Assembly: GCA_024232295.1 (NCBI GenBank)
Contig: JAAEPT010000103.1
Span: forward strand, 5,063 to 69,062
Source: Cytophagales bacterium
GTDB taxonomy: Bacteria; Bacteroidota; Bacteroidia; Cytophagales; JAAEPT01
Direction of reading: 5' to 3'
DNA length: 64,000 nt
The notes under the pieces were generated by a model, which was not told the DNA's origin, searched no databases, and saw only the letters and a program-made list of their open reading frames with translations. Positions 1-10,961 of this stretch are shown in pieces. The position numbers and the translations under genes are program-made. Within the stretch, counting starts at the first letter, position 1. Every line of letters starts with the position of its first letter.

Positions 1-1
1 T

Positions 2-817
2 AAAAAAGTTGCTAAAATTGGCTGGTTCCGAAAACCCCAACTCATAAGCAATCTCTTTTGCACTAGCATCTGTAAAATACAACATTCTTTTGGCAGCTGT
101 TGTAATTCTTGATTGAATATATTCTTTGGCGGTTTTACCAATTAATGATTTTACGGTACGATTCAAATAGTCTGGAGTAATATTCAACTCTTCTGCATAT
201 TGGCTTGTACTGTGCCACTCCTTGTAGTGTTCATCTACTAACTTTTTAAAATTCTTAAGAATTGTATTTCCGGATTCTGTTTCTTGAAGATTATCTGAAA
301 TGGGTAAAAAATCAGTGCATTGAATCAGAAAAAGCTTGAGTAATGATCCAAGTGCTTGTTCTTTGAAACGAATAGAAGAATTAGAATATATCACCATTTC
401 CTCACATAATTTATTTAGTTGAGTCAATTGTTCTTTTGTAAGTACTAAAGGAGGAGTTTTTCCATAGTCATGAAACAAATTAAGGTTGGCAATAAAAGAA
501 CGATCAATATTATTTTCAAGCAAAAATTGAGATGAAAACACAAAAGAAAAACCCATAGATTTCTGTTCTTCGACTACATGATGAACCTGTCCCGGACTTA
601 CAAAAAACACCTGTGAACTCTCCAGTTCATATTCATGAAAATCGATAATATGTTTGCCTTTTGCTTTCTCTGTAAGAATGACTGTATAATAATTATGACG
701 ATGAGGCTTCTCTCCACCACTTTGTTTTATCTTTTCATAAATATCCTCCATTCTACTAATGCGAAAACTTCCTTCCTCTCCTCTATTTACTTCTCGATAT
801 GTCTTAATTTCTGCCAT
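2..817 (-). CDS. AraC-family transcriptional regulator (3' end runs off the window)
   Basis: Manual translation from ATG at 817 (MAEIKTYRE...PHRHNYY...FVSPGQVH...) ends in the AraC HTH signature KEIAYELGFSEPANFSNFF at the window edge; absent from the ORF track because it is truncated. Confidence 0.9.
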   Translation of the reverse strand, partial: MAEIKTYREVNRGEEGSFRISRMEDIYEKIKQSGGEKPHRHNYYTVILTEKAKGKHIIDFHEYELESSQVFFVSPGQVHHVVEEQKSMGFSFVFSSQFLLENNIDRSFIANLNLFHDYGKTPPLVLTKEQLTQLNKLCEEMVIYSNSSIRFKEQALGSLLKLFLIQCTDFLPISDNLQETESGNTILKNFKKLVDEHYKEWHSTSQYAEELNITPDYLNRTVKSLIGKTAKEYIQSRITTAAKRMLYFTDASAKEIAYELGFSEPANFSNFF

Positions 818-913
818 TTCTTATTCTCAAAAAATCCTTTTACAAGTTAGAAAGTTTAGTGAATAAAAATTGTATTTTTGTTAAATTCACTGAACCTAAA
901 AAGCCATCTAACT

Positions 914-3751
914 GTGGAGAAAAAAAACACTATAGAACAAGAGTACATAGAAGTTTATGGAGCAAGAGAACATAATCTCAAAAACTTTGATGTAAAAATA
1001 CCTCGCCAAAAGCTTGTTGTAATTACAGGGGTTTCGGGCAGTGGAAAGTCTTCTTTGGCTTTTGATACAATTTATGCAGAGGGACAGAGAAGATATATGG
1101 AGAGTTTTTCGGCTTATGCTCGTTCATTCATTGGGAATATGAAACGCCCTGATGTGGATAAGATCGAAGGATTGAGTCCTGTTATCTCTATTGAACAAAA
1201 GACAACTTCTCGTAATCCTCGTTCTACAGTAGGTACTACTACAGAAATTTATGACTTTTTACGTTTGTTATTTGCTCGTGCAGGTATTGCCTATTCATAC
1301 AAGACAGGTGAGCGAATGATTAAACAAAGTGAAGATCAAATCATCTCACTAATCCTAGAACACTACAGTAATCAAAAGATAAATATCCTTGCTCCTGTGG
1401 TGAGGGCAAGAAAAGGACATTATCGTGAGCTATTTGCTCAAATTAGAAAATCTGGATACTTGAAAGTACGTGTTGATGGTGAAATTATTGACATTACTCC
1501 TTCCCTACAACTCGACCGATACAAAACACATGATATTGAAATTGTAATTGATCGCATAAAAGTGCAAGAAAAAGATGAAGATCGCATTCGTCAATCGATC
1601 AAACAAGCACTAAAACAAGGAAATGGTGTACTAGCAATTGTAAATCAAGACAATGAGCTTAAGTTCTATTCAAAGCATTTGATGTGTCCAACAACAGGAA
1701 TCTCTTATGATGAACCTGCTCCGAATTTATTTTCGTTCAATTCTCCTTATGGAGCTTGTGAACAATGTAATGGTCTGGGGAAAATTGAGGAATTTACACA
1801 AAATTCTATCATTCCAAATGATGAACTAAGCATTGCTGATGGTGGTATTGCTGCTATTGGAAAACAACGAAATATACAAATATTCAAAGAGATAGAAAGT
1901 GTATTAGCTCAATTTGATGAGAAAATCACAACTCCTATCAAAGACCTAAAACATAAAGCACTAGAAACTGTACTTCATGGAGGTGAATATGAACATCTTG
2001 TAAAATCAAGTGGAGGTACATTTGTTCCCTACTTTGATGATTTTGAAGGAGTAATTCCTTTCATGACTCGTCATTTCAAAAAAGGAACAGGAAGTGCACA
2101 AAAGAGCTACAAAGACTATTTACATTCCAAAACATGTCCTTCCTGTAATGGTGCTCGTCTAAAAGAACAGGCTTTATTCTTCAAAATTCATGATAAAAAC
2201 ATTGCTGAAATATCACAAATGGATATTGAGCAATTAAGTATTTGGTTTGGGGAGTTAGATCAACATTTGGAAGAAAAACAACAGGTAATTGCTGAAGAAA
2301 TTCTGAAAGAAATCAATAAAAGAATTAAGTTCTTGGTTGATGTTGGCTTAACCTATTTATCATTAGACCGATCACTTAGAACACTTTCAGGTGGAGAAGC
2401 TCAACGCATTCGTCTAGCTACTCAAATAGGAACTCAACTGGTGGGGGTAACTTATATTTTGGATGAGCCAAGTATTGGACTGCATCAAAGAGATAATGTA
2501 AAACTTATTAATGCTCTACAAGATTTAAGAGATTTGGGAAATACAGTATTGGTTGTAGAACATGATAAAGATATGATGTTGGCTTCTGACTATGTACTGG
2601 ACATAGGACCAAAAGCAGGTCGTTTTGGTGGACAAGTAGTTAGCTCTGGTAATCCACAATCTATTATCAAAGAAAATAATAGTACGACTGCTCAATATTT
2701 ATCTGAAAATGTACAAATAAAAGTTCCCACAGAACGTAGAGAAGGAAATGGAAACTTTCTGATCTTACACAATGCTCATGGGAATAACCTCAAAAATGTA
2801 ACACTTACGCTACCTTTGGGTAAGTTAATTTCAATTACGGGAGTTTCGGGAAGTGGAAAATCTACTTTGATTCATAATACACTACACCCAATTCTTTCAC
2901 AACACTTTTATCGCTCCAAAAAAGATCCTTTGGCTTATGATAAAATTGAAGGATTGGAGCATATTGATAAAGTAATTGAGGTTGACCAATCACCAATTGG
3001 TAGAACACCACGTTCTAATCCTGCTACTTATACAGGTGTTTTCACAGAAATTCGTAATTTATTCACACAAGTACCCGAAGCAAAAATTAGAGGATATAAA
3101 TCTGGACGTTTTTCTTTCAATGTAAAAGGAGGACGATGCGAAACTTGTGAAGGTGGAGGTTTGAAACTAATTGAAATGGATTTCTTACCAGATGTTTATG
3201 TGGAATGTGAAACCTGTAAAGGAAAACGTTATAATCGTGAAACCTTAGAAATTAGATGGAGAGGAAAGTCTATTTCTGATGTATTGGATATGACAGTAAA
3301 TGATGCTGTGAAATTCTTTGAAAACCAACCACGCATTATTCGCAAAATTCAAGCTCTTCAAGATGTAGGATTAGGCTATATCACACTAGGTCAACATGCT
3401 ACAACTCTTTCGGGAGGGGAAGCCCAACGTGTAAAACTAGCTACAGAACTTGCCAAAAAAGATACAGGAAAAACACTTTACATCTTAGACGAACCCACAA
3501 CAGGACTTCATTTTCAAGACATTCAACAATTGTTAAATGTTGTTCATAAATTAGTGGATAAAGGGAATACAATCATCATTATCGAGCACAATCTTGATGT
3601 GGTCAAAGTATCTGATCATGTAATTGATATAGGGCTTGAGGGAGGAAAAAATGGAGGAATTATTCTTACAGAAGGAACACCAGAGGAGGTAGCCAAACAC
3701 CCAACAAGTTATACTGCGAAGTTTTTGAAACAGGAACTTCTCCAAAAATAA
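914..3751 (+). CDS. uvrA: Excinuclease ABC subunit A
   Basis: GAREHNLKN, two GVSGSGKS Walker A motifs, CxxC zinc fingers, LSGGEAQR twice. The track start TTG 878 lies inside a TATTTTTG promoter motif, so in-frame GTG 914 is preferred. Confidence 0.97.
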   Translation: MEKKNTIEQEYIEVYGAREHNLKNFDVKIPRQKLVVITGVSGSGKSSLAFDTIYAEGQRRYMESFSAYARSFIGNMKRPDVDKIEGLSPVISIEQKTTSRNPRSTVGTTTEIYDFLRLLFARAGIAYSYKTGERMIKQSEDQIISLILEHYSNQKINILAPVVRARKGHYRELFAQIRKSGYLKVRVDGEIIDITPSLQLDRYKTHDIEIVIDRIKVQEKDEDRIRQSIKQALKQGNGVLAIVNQDNELKFYSKHLMCPTTGISYDEPAPNLFSFNSPYGACEQCNGLGKIEEFTQNSIIPNDELSIADGGIAAIGKQRNIQIFKEIESVLAQFDEKITTPIKDLKHKALETVLHGGEYEHLVKSSGGTFVPYFDDFEGVIPFMTRHFKKGTGSAQKSYKDYLHSKTCPSCNGARLKEQALFFKIHDKNIAEISQMDIEQLSIWFGELDQHLEEKQQVIAEEILKEINKRIKFLVDVGLTYLSLDRSLRTLSGGEAQRIRLATQIGTQLVGVTYILDEPSIGLHQRDNVKLINALQDLRDLGNTVLVVEHDKDMMLASDYVLDIGPKAGRFGGQVVSSGNPQSIIKENNSTTAQYLSENVQIKVPTERREGNGNFLILHNAHGNNLKNVTLTLPLGKLISITGVSGSGKSTLIHNTLHPILSQHFYRSKKDPLAYDKIEGLEHIDKVIEVDQSPIGRTPRSNPATYTGVFTEIRNLFTQVPEAKIRGYKSGRFSFNVKGGRCETCEGGGLKLIEMDFLPDVYVECETCKGKRYNRETLEIRWRGKSISDVLDMTVNDAVKFFENQPRIIRKIQALQDVGLGYITLGQHATTLSGGEAQRVKLATELAKKDTGKTLYILDEPTTGLHFQDIQQLLNVVHKLVDKGNTIIIIEHNLDVVKVSDHVIDIGLEGGKNGGIILTEGTPEEVAKHPTSYTAKFLKQELLQK

Positions 3752-3795
3752 AAAAGATTGTAAAAATATTTGGACTCAAAAGGTCTTTCTTACGT

Positions 3796-4215
3796 ATGGT
3801 AATACCGAAAGAAAGACTTTTTTATTTAGATATGGGTGTTTATACAAAAACAGCAAAATATTACTTCATCGAAGATAAGATTTTTGTTTCGGAGGTTTTA
3901 CCCGACTCTGAAATTGTATTGGAAGATGTAGAAATCAATAATCAAAAACGAACAGAAGTTCTCAATGGATTAAAATATCCAATTTTGATTGATATTCGAA
4001 AAATCAAAAGCATTACAAGAGAAGCTCGTTTGCTTGCTCGTAATGATGCTTGTACTGGACAATACATTGCTGCTGCTATTTTGGTGGAAGGTACCATTAG
4101 TAGGTTAATTGGAAATATTAGTATAGGTTGGAACCTACCAGAAATTCCAATGAAAGTTTTCTTGGATAAAAAAGAAGCTTTGGAATGGTTAGAAAATTAT
4201 GTAAGCAAGGAGTAA
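3796..4215 (+). CDS. STAS/SEC14-like small protein
   Basis: 139 aa; LIDIRKIKSITREAR...AAAILV...P.KVF...EALEWL pattern typical of STAS/SEC14-like Bacteroidota proteins. Confidence 0.55.
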   Translation: MVIPKERLFYLDMGVYTKTAKYYFIEDKIFVSEVLPDSEIVLEDVEINNQKRTEVLNGLKYPILIDIRKIKSITREARLLARNDACTGQYIAAAILVEGTISRLIGNISIGWNLPEIPMKVFLDKKEALEWLENYVSKE

Positions 4216-4267
4216 ATACTTAATATTTTACCTTATTTTTAATACAAATTCTAAACTTTGTATTGAA

Positions 4268-6298
4268 ATGAAAGCACCTATTGCTCCACAAAAACCACAT
4301 ATTCTCAACAAACATGGACATGAAAGAATCGATAACTATTATTGGTTGAATCAAAGAGAAGATCAAGAAGTTATTGATTATCTGAACAAAGAGAATGAGT
4401 ATACCCAAAATTTTTTAGCTCCTACTCAACAATTACAAGATAAGTTATATGAAGAAATAGTAGGCAGAATTAAACAAAATGATGAATCTGTGCCCTATTT
4501 CTGCGATGGATATTACTTCTATTCTCGTTATGAAAAAGGAAAAGAATACCCTATTTTTTGTCGAAAAAAAGAAAGCTTAGAAAACAAGGAAGAAATTTTA
4601 TTGGATGTAAATGAATTGGCAAAAGATCAGTCTTATTGTCAAGTATCTTCTATTTCTGTAAGTCCAAATGATCAATTATTAGCATATAGTGTGGATTATG
4701 TTGGACGAAGATTGTATACAGTATATATCAAAGACCTTAGTACAGGAGAAGTGTATGAAGAAACAATTACTCAAACAAATGGAGACATTGTATGGGCAAA
4801 TGATAATCAAACCATTTTCTACACAGTCCAAGAACAAGAAACACTAAGGGATCATAAAATCTTCTCTTATAAATTGGGTATTAAAGAACATAAAGAAGTT
4901 TTCCACGAAGAAGATGATACATTTGGTGTTGCAATTAGCAAAAGTAGAGACAAACAATTTTTAGTCATTACAAGCTATAGCACACTTACCAATGAATGCC
5001 ATTATATCAATGCTCTTCAACCAGATGATGAACCTAAAGTAATCTTACTGAGAGAAAGAGGTCATGAATATAGTGTTGACTTTTATAATAATCAGTGGTA
5101 CCTCTATACCAATAAAGAAGCCCAAAACTTTAAATTAGTTACTGCTCCATTTGAACAACCTTCACAATGGACAGAGTTAATTCCACATCGCGAAGATACA
5201 TTATTAGAAAGCTATGAGCTCTTTGAAAACTATTTGGTTTTAGAAGAAAGAAATAATGGATTGGTCCAAATTCGTATCATTGATACCAATACACACACAA
5301 CACACAATATTTCCTTTGAAGAAGAAACATATAGTACCTATTTAGGAGTGAATTATGAGCCAAATACCAAAAAATTACGCTACATCTATACTTCAATGAC
5401 AACACCTCATTCTGTCTTGGATTATGATATGGAAACAAGAGAAAAAACACTCTTGAAACAACATGAAGTACAAGGTGAGTTTGATTCAGCTAACTATGAA
5501 ACCAAAAGAATTTGGGCGACTGCAAAAGATGGTACTCAAGTTCCAATGTCAATTGTTTACAAAAAAGGAATTAATCTAAAAGGAAACAACCCTACCCTAC
5601 TCTATGCTTATGGCTCTTATGGAATCACAATTAATCCTTCTTTTAGCTCTGTTCGTTTAAGCTTATTGGATAGAGGATTTATTTATGCGATTGCTCATAT
5701 TAGAGGAAGTGAATATTTGGGTAGGAAGTGGTATGAGGATGGGAAATTACTCAAAAAGATGAACACCTTCACTGACTTCATTGATTGTGCAAAACACCTA
5801 ACAAATGAAGGATATACTTCTTCTGATAAATTGTGTGCAATGGGCGGAAGTGCTGGAGGTATGCTAATGGGAGGAATTGTAAACCTTGCTCCTCAACTAT
5901 TCAAAGCAATAATCTCTGCTGTTCCTTTTGTAGATGTTGTGACAACAATGCTTGATGATAGTATTCCATTGACTACAGGTGAATACGATGAATGGGGAAA
6001 TCCAAATGAAAAAGAATACTATGAATATATGCTTTCTTATTCTCCCTACGATCAAGTAAAAGCACAAGACTATCCTGCTCTTTTGGTAACAACTGGACTT
6101 CATGATTCACAAGTACAATATTGGGAGCCTGCAAAGTGGGTCGCAAAACTGCGTACACAAAAGACAGACAACAACCCATTATTGTTACATACAAATATGG
6201 AAGCAGGTCATAGTGGAACTACAGGTAGGTTTGCAATTCATAAAGAAACGGCTATGGAATATGCTTTTCTACTGCATTTATTAGCGATTAATTCCTAA
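4268..6298 (+). CDS. ptrB: Oligopeptidase B (S9A prolyl oligopeptidase family)
   Basis: HG..RID.YYWL N-terminus, GGSAGG nucleophile motif, GLHDSQVQYWEPAKW, AGH catalytic His. Confidence 0.93.
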   Translation: MKAPIAPQKPHILNKHGHERIDNYYWLNQREDQEVIDYLNKENEYTQNFLAPTQQLQDKLYEEIVGRIKQNDESVPYFCDGYYFYSRYEKGKEYPIFCRKKESLENKEEILLDVNELAKDQSYCQVSSISVSPNDQLLAYSVDYVGRRLYTVYIKDLSTGEVYEETITQTNGDIVWANDNQTIFYTVQEQETLRDHKIFSYKLGIKEHKEVFHEEDDTFGVAISKSRDKQFLVITSYSTLTNECHYINALQPDDEPKVILLRERGHEYSVDFYNNQWYLYTNKEAQNFKLVTAPFEQPSQWTELIPHREDTLLESYELFENYLVLEERNNGLVQIRIIDTNTHTTHNISFEEETYSTYLGVNYEPNTKKLRYIYTSMTTPHSVLDYDMETREKTLLKQHEVQGEFDSANYETKRIWATAKDGTQVPMSIVYKKGINLKGNNPTLLYAYGSYGITINPSFSSVRLSLLDRGFIYAIAHIRGSEYLGRKWYEDGKLLKKMNTFTDFIDCAKHLTNEGYTSSDKLCAMGGSAGGMLMGGIVNLAPQLFKAIISAVPFVDVVTTMLDDSIPLTTGEYDEWGNPNEKEYYEYMLSYSPYDQVKAQDYPALLVTTGLHDSQVQYWEPAKWVAKLRTQKTDNNPLLLHTNMEAGHSGTTGRFAIHKETAMEYAFLLHLLAINS

Positions 6299-6346
6299 AA
6301 AAAATGTATATTTAATCTAACTTTTTAACAATACCTAAATCTAAAC

Positions 6347-8113
6347 ATGAGTAGCAAGAATACACTTATCGAAATTGCTTGGGAAGTTTGTAATCAAGTA
6401 GGAGGAATCTACACGGTAATTCGTTCTAAAGTTCCTGCTATGATGCAAGGCGTTGATGGAGATTACTTACTTGTAGGACCCTACTTCAATAACCATGAGT
6501 TTGAGTCAATCGAAGATGCTGATGACGAATACTTTGAGGTAGTCCAAAAAATGCGTAGCATGGGCTATGAAGTACACTATGGGTATTGGTTGGTAACAGG
6601 AAAACCCAAAGTAGTATTGATAAACCCCAAAAGTGCTTTTGATCAATTAGGTGCAGTACAATATGAACTTTGGGAACACCATGATATTTCTAGCCCTGGA
6701 GGAGATGATTTATTAAATGATGTGATTGCCTTTGGATTTTTATCCAAAGTATTTTTGGCAGAATTAGCTCTTCTAAGAGATGAAGTAAAAGTACATATCC
6801 ATGAATGGATGGCAGGAGTTTCGATTCCTCTTTTGAGAAAAGATCAAGTACCTGTACGTGTTGTATTTACAACGCATGCTACTTTATTAGGGCGTTATTT
6901 GGCAATGAATGACCCTAATTTCTATGATCATATTCATACATTTGATTGGATAAAAGAAGCTACTTATTTTAATATTGATGCACAAGTACGCATTGAACGT
7001 GCTGCTGCTCATGGTGCAGATATTTTCACAACAGTAAGTGAGGTTACAGCCAAAGAATGTATTCATTTATTGGGAAGACAACCAGAAATTATCTTACCAA
7101 ATGGATTGAATGTAGAGCGTTTTAGCTTTTTGCATGAATTCCAAAGTTTGCACAAAGAATACAAAGAGAAAATTCATGAGTTTGTGATGGGACACTTCTT
7201 CCCTAGTTACAACTTTGATCTAGATAAAACGATTTATTTCTTTACTTCTGGACGTTTTGAATACACAAACAAGGGATATGACCTAACACTAGAAGCCTTA
7301 GCAAGATTGAATTATCGCTTGCAGCAAGAGGGTTCTGATATTACGGTGGTAATGTTCTTTATCACAAAACAGCCTTATCATTCTATTAATGTTGGAGCCA
7401 TGGAGTCTCGTGCATTGATGGAAGAACTAAGAGAGACTTGTCAAGCAATTCAGAAGCAAGTAGGAGAACGATTATTCTTCACTGCTGCAAATAGTGAGAG
7501 TGATTTACTACCTGCTCTAGATTCGTTTGTAGATGAATACTGGCGTTTTAGATACCGTAGAACAATCCAATCTTGGAAATCTGATGCTTTGCCACCAGTG
7601 GTAACACATAACTTAGTGGATGATGATAAAGACCCAATTTTAGGTTTCTTAAGAAATTCAAATATGGTCAATAATCGTCATGATAAAGTAAAAATTGTTT
7701 ATCATCCAGATTTTATTGCTTCTACCAATCCACTTTTCCACATTGACTATACTCAATTTGTACGTGGTTGTCACTTAGGTATTTTCCCTAGTTATTATGA
7801 ACCTTGGGGATATACTCCATTGGAATGTGTAGTACGAGGTGTACCTGCTGTAACAAGTGATTTATCTGGTTTTGGTGATTATGTTTTCAAACACTTACCA
7901 AATGCTGATGAAAAAGGACTTTATGTAGTAAATCGAAAAAACAAAAGTTTTGAAGAATCTGCTGAACAGTTAACTGACCAAATGTATCACTTTGTGAAAC
8001 AAAATAGACGTGAGCGTATTAAGCAACGTAATAGTGTAGAAACAATGGCTGATGAATTTGATTGGGGAAAACTAGTTGAATTCTACTTGAAAGCTTATCG
8101 TATGATAAAATAA
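6347..8113 (+). CDS. Glycogen synthase, GT3 family
   Basis: EIAWEVCNQVGGIYTVIRSK, HEWMAG, FTTHATLLGR, FPSYYEPWGYTPLEC motifs. Confidence 0.9.
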   Translation: MSSKNTLIEIAWEVCNQVGGIYTVIRSKVPAMMQGVDGDYLLVGPYFNNHEFESIEDADDEYFEVVQKMRSMGYEVHYGYWLVTGKPKVVLINPKSAFDQLGAVQYELWEHHDISSPGGDDLLNDVIAFGFLSKVFLAELALLRDEVKVHIHEWMAGVSIPLLRKDQVPVRVVFTTHATLLGRYLAMNDPNFYDHIHTFDWIKEATYFNIDAQVRIERAAAHGADIFTTVSEVTAKECIHLLGRQPEIILPNGLNVERFSFLHEFQSLHKEYKEKIHEFVMGHFFPSYNFDLDKTIYFFTSGRFEYTNKGYDLTLEALARLNYRLQQEGSDITVVMFFITKQPYHSINVGAMESRALMEELRETCQAIQKQVGERLFFTAANSESDLLPALDSFVDEYWRFRYRRTIQSWKSDALPPVVTHNLVDDDKDPILGFLRNSNMVNNRHDKVKIVYHPDFIASTNPLFHIDYTQFVRGCHLGIFPSYYEPWGYTPLECVVRGVPAVTSDLSGFGDYVFKHLPNADEKGLYVVNRKNKSFEESAEQLTDQMYHFVKQNRRERIKQRNSVETMADEFDWGKLVEFYLKAYRMIK

Positions 8114-8134
8114 AAAATTAATGATATACAAATG

Positions 8135-8164
8135 AGAGGTTGTCCATACAGACAACCTCTTTTT
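8135..8164 (+). terminator. Intrinsic terminator after glycogen synthase
   Basis: AGAGGTTGTC-CATACA-GACAACCTCT followed by a T-run. Confidence 0.8.
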
Positions 8165-8190
8165 GTTTTCGATACAAAAAAGAAAAAAAA

Positions 8191-8763
8191 ATGATCATTT
8201 ATATACATGGTTTCAATTCAAGTGGAAATGGTAGCAAATCGCAGAAACTAAAAGAATTATTTCCGAATGCAGCAGTTTTTTCTCCTAGTTATGATTCTTC
8301 TGATTTTAACTCCATAGAATTGATGATTCAAGAAATTGAAAAAGCTGTTGAAAAACAGGATTCTAAGCCTCTATTTATTGGTTGTTCATTAGGTGGGTAT
8401 TTGAGTCAATACTTGGCAAAACACTTTGGAACAAAAGGAATTTTACTCAATCCAAGCTACTCTCCTACCAAACGATTACAAAGAGCGTTGGGAGAAAATA
8501 CAATGTATTCCACTGGAGAAACATACATTCAAACACAAGAAAACCTTGAGATTCTAAAAAAGTATGAATTATCACCAGAGGAATTAAAAATGGTAGATAT
8601 TTCGGTTTTCACAAATAAGGATGATGACCTTATCCCTTACCAAGAAGTTGTAAAGTACTATTCCAATAAACCCGTAACCATATTTGAAGAAGGTGGACAT
8701 CGGTTTGAAAACCTAGAAGATATTCACAGAGTGATTATAACAGCATATCAAAATATAAAGTAG
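8191..8763 (+). CDS. YqiA/YcfP-family alpha/beta esterase
   Basis: IYIHGFNSS, GCSLGG nucleophile elbow, EGGH; ATG 8191 chosen because the track start 8140 lies in the upstream terminator. Confidence 0.85.
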   Translation: MIIYIHGFNSSGNGSKSQKLKELFPNAAVFSPSYDSSDFNSIELMIQEIEKAVEKQDSKPLFIGCSLGGYLSQYLAKHFGTKGILLNPSYSPTKRLQRALGENTMYSTGETYIQTQENLEILKKYELSPEELKMVDISVFTNKDDDLIPYQEVVKYYSNKPVTIFEEGGHRFENLEDIHRVIITAYQNIK

Positions 8764-8828
8764 AAAAAAAGCTCATTCCAATAATTGAAATGAGCTTTTG
8801 TATCTTCTTATAAATACTTTAAATGACA

Positions 8829-9297
8829 TTAACTGTCTGTCCCTAAATTAGAAATTATGTCAAACAATTCCTCTCTTGAAATATCATCATTGATTTTAAT
8901 AGCAGGAAAAAATCCTAATTGAAAAAAGGACTGACATTTTCTTACAAACTCATAATATTGTTCATCTGTTAATTCTTCATAATCCTTTACTGAATCCGGA
9001 AAAACCTCATCCCATTAATTTATGAATCTTTTCTGTTTTAAATTGAGGAGTCTCATACCAACCATCTCCATATTCTTACCAAATATTGATCATACCAAGT
9101 AACCTTAAGGGGTCTTCAGCATCAAAACACTTATTCCCTTTCTTTGCAATAAATTTCCCTAACATATCAGATTCATGATCTTCAGGATAAGGATACAAAA
9201 AAACTTCAAAGCCCTTTTGTTTAATCATTGTTAAAGCCATGTTATACAGATTGGGGTGATCTGTCATCCTCACATAACCATCTTGTTCTTCATTCAT
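8829..9297 (-). pseudogene. Hypothetical protein pseudogene (in-frame TAA plus a frameshift)
   Basis: Protein-like sequence continues past TAA 9076-9078 (W*EYGDGWYETPQF...) and, after a 1-nt shift near 9011, reads DEVFPDSVKDYEELTDEQYYEFVRK...LGTDS to a stop at 8829. Confidence 0.65.
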
Positions 9298-9343
9298 TAA
9301 CTTAAAAAATGTTGATGTACTAGAAATCTAATTACTTTATTTC

Positions 9344-9507
9344 GAAGTCATTTAAGGTTTTGTTGACAAAACACAAATAAGTATCTGTATTTCAGTTAGT
9401 TAACATCTACTTTGATTAGTACTATAAATATCTAACTAAAAGTAAGATTGTTTTGCTGTAAATCAGTCAGTTACACAGTTATGAAACCTAAAACTTTAAA
9501 TCACTTC
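9344..9507. mobile_element. 164-bp MITE-like element, copy 1
   Basis: Terminal inverted repeats GAAGTCATTTAAGGTTTT / AAAACTTTAAATCACTTC (16/18 match), TTC duplicated on both flanks (9341-43, 9508-10), same-length second copy at 50868-51031. Confidence 0.88.
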
Positions 9508-10332
9508 TTCTTTAAAATCAATGTGATAATGTTCATCATGTAAAGAATTAATTAATGGTCCTAGCTTTTGAACAATATAAATACCACTATTTTTTAACTC
9601 TTTTCCACACTTAGCAGCAAACAACTCATCTTTTAACTCGACCTTAATAATCACTTTTGCAATAGCTAAACCATTTTGTTTGGCAGTCTTATTCAAAGTC
9701 AAAAGGTGTTCAACAACAGCATCAAAATCAATGGAAACAGTTTGATCTTCACTATACTTTCCATCATTATCAAAATCCAACCAGTAATGATTTTTTCCTG
9801 TATTATCAAGATCATAATAAGGTTGATTATTTTTGATTAAAGGCATCATAAAATCCACACTTAACCCATTTTGATGAGTTCTATGTGGATACAACTTGCC
9901 TCCATGTTCATGAGAACATTCCATGATCTGATATTGTCGATTATTAGGTTCTAGTTTTTGGTAAGTCTGAACAACAGCATCTCTCACCTTAATATTTGTA
10001 AAAGCTCTTTTTGCCAAATAGCTTGAAGTATCAAAATATTTATAATTTTTTCCTGTATAAGGCATCAAAACTCCATTATGAAGAGAACCATTTGACACTG
10101 TACCTCTAGACTCACTGCTGGTAATATTCTGTATACTATATTTTTGATAAAACTGCTCTATTGGAGTTAGTTCCTCTGAATCAATTTCAAGTTGAGTATT
10201 TGAAGTATCACCAAGTGTTGTTTCAATCATACTTGATGTATTGGCTGTTCCTTCAATTGTTAGGTTTTGAACTTGAGTATTACATGAAGACAAAATAGAT
10301 AAGAAAACTAAAGAAGAGAGTAAATATTTCAT
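9496..10332 (-). CDS. Penicillin-insensitive murein endopeptidase (MepA-like) lipoprotein
   Basis: Lipobox LSSC; GTVSNGSL, HGGKLYPHRTHQNGLSVDF and H..H.H.D metal-ligand motifs of the MepA/LAS family. Confidence 0.75.
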   Translation of the reverse strand: MKYLLSSLVFLSILSSCNTQVQNLTIEGTANTSSMIETTLGDTSNTQLEIDSEELTPIEQFYQKYSIQNITSSESRGTVSNGSLHNGVLMPYTGKNYKYFDTSSYLAKRAFTNIKVRDAVVQTYQKLEPNNRQYQIMECSHEHGGKLYPHRTHQNGLSVDFMMPLIKNNQPYYDLDNTGKNHYWLDFDNDGKYSEDQTVSIDFDAVVEHLLTLNKTAKQNGLAIAKVIIKVELKDELFAAKCGKELKNSGIYIVQKLGPLINSLHDEHYHIDFKEEVI

Positions 10333-10511
10333 ACAGATTTAAGTTAATGATGGAAGTTCGCATCACACACAATTTATGTACCAATACAACTCAAATCTAT
10401 TTTTTGATGATTTGTAAATTGACAAAAGTCATGTTGCTAATTGAGTTTCATCATAGAACTAAACTTCATAACTGGTGAAATTGAGGTAAATAATAACAAA
10501 AATCAGTACCT

Positions 10512-10910
10512 ATGGATAATACACTAATTAATGATGTAAAAATGAGTTATGGTAGATGTTGCTTATCTCCTGTTTTTTTTGATGATTTTTATGACACATT
10601 TCTTAAATCAAATCCAAAGATTAAGGAAAAGTTTGTAAATACTGATTTAGAAAAACAGAAGAGTCTTTTGAAACATGGAATCTCTTATTTATTGATGTTT
10701 TATGAAGGAAAGCATATTGCTAAATTTAAAGTAAGTGAACTAAAAGAAACACATTCCAAAAGAGGACTTGATATCTCTGTAGATATGTATAATGATTGGC
10801 TAAAGTCTCTTTATATATGTATCAAAAAACATGATCCAAATATTTCAAAAGACTTGATGAAAGCTTGGCATGAAGTGCTCTCTTATTCAATCAGAAGAAT
10901 GGCATCTTAA
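10512..10910 (+). CDS. Single-domain globin
   Basis: SYGRC...FFDDFYDTF...KF..TDLEKQK...L...HS..GLDI...Y..W pattern of bacterial globins; 132 aa. Confidence 0.8.
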   Translation: MDNTLINDVKMSYGRCCLSPVFFDDFYDTFLKSNPKIKEKFVNTDLEKQKSLLKHGISYLLMFYEGKHIAKFKVSELKETHSKRGLDISVDMYNDWLKSLYICIKKHDPNISKDLMKAWHEVLSYSIRRMAS

Positions 10911-10916
10911 TTTCTT

Positions 10917-10956
10917 TTCAACTTCAGGTTTTATCTATCCAAAACCTGAAGTTGAA
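10917..10956. terminator. Hairpin between convergent genes (likely bidirectional terminator)
   Basis: TTCAACTTCAGGTTTT-8nt-AAAACCTGAAGTTGAA perfect stem. Confidence 0.75.
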
Positions 10957-10961
10957 TTACA

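Noticed and set aside
635-850. 71-aa plus-strand ORF
   Set aside because: Antisense shadow of the truncated AraC gene; the other short track ORFs nested in long genes were dismissed likewise.
6347-8113. Eukaryote-like GT3 glycogen synthase as a possible gene transfer
   Set aside because: GT3 synthases are an established Bacteroidota feature and the base composition matches neighbours.
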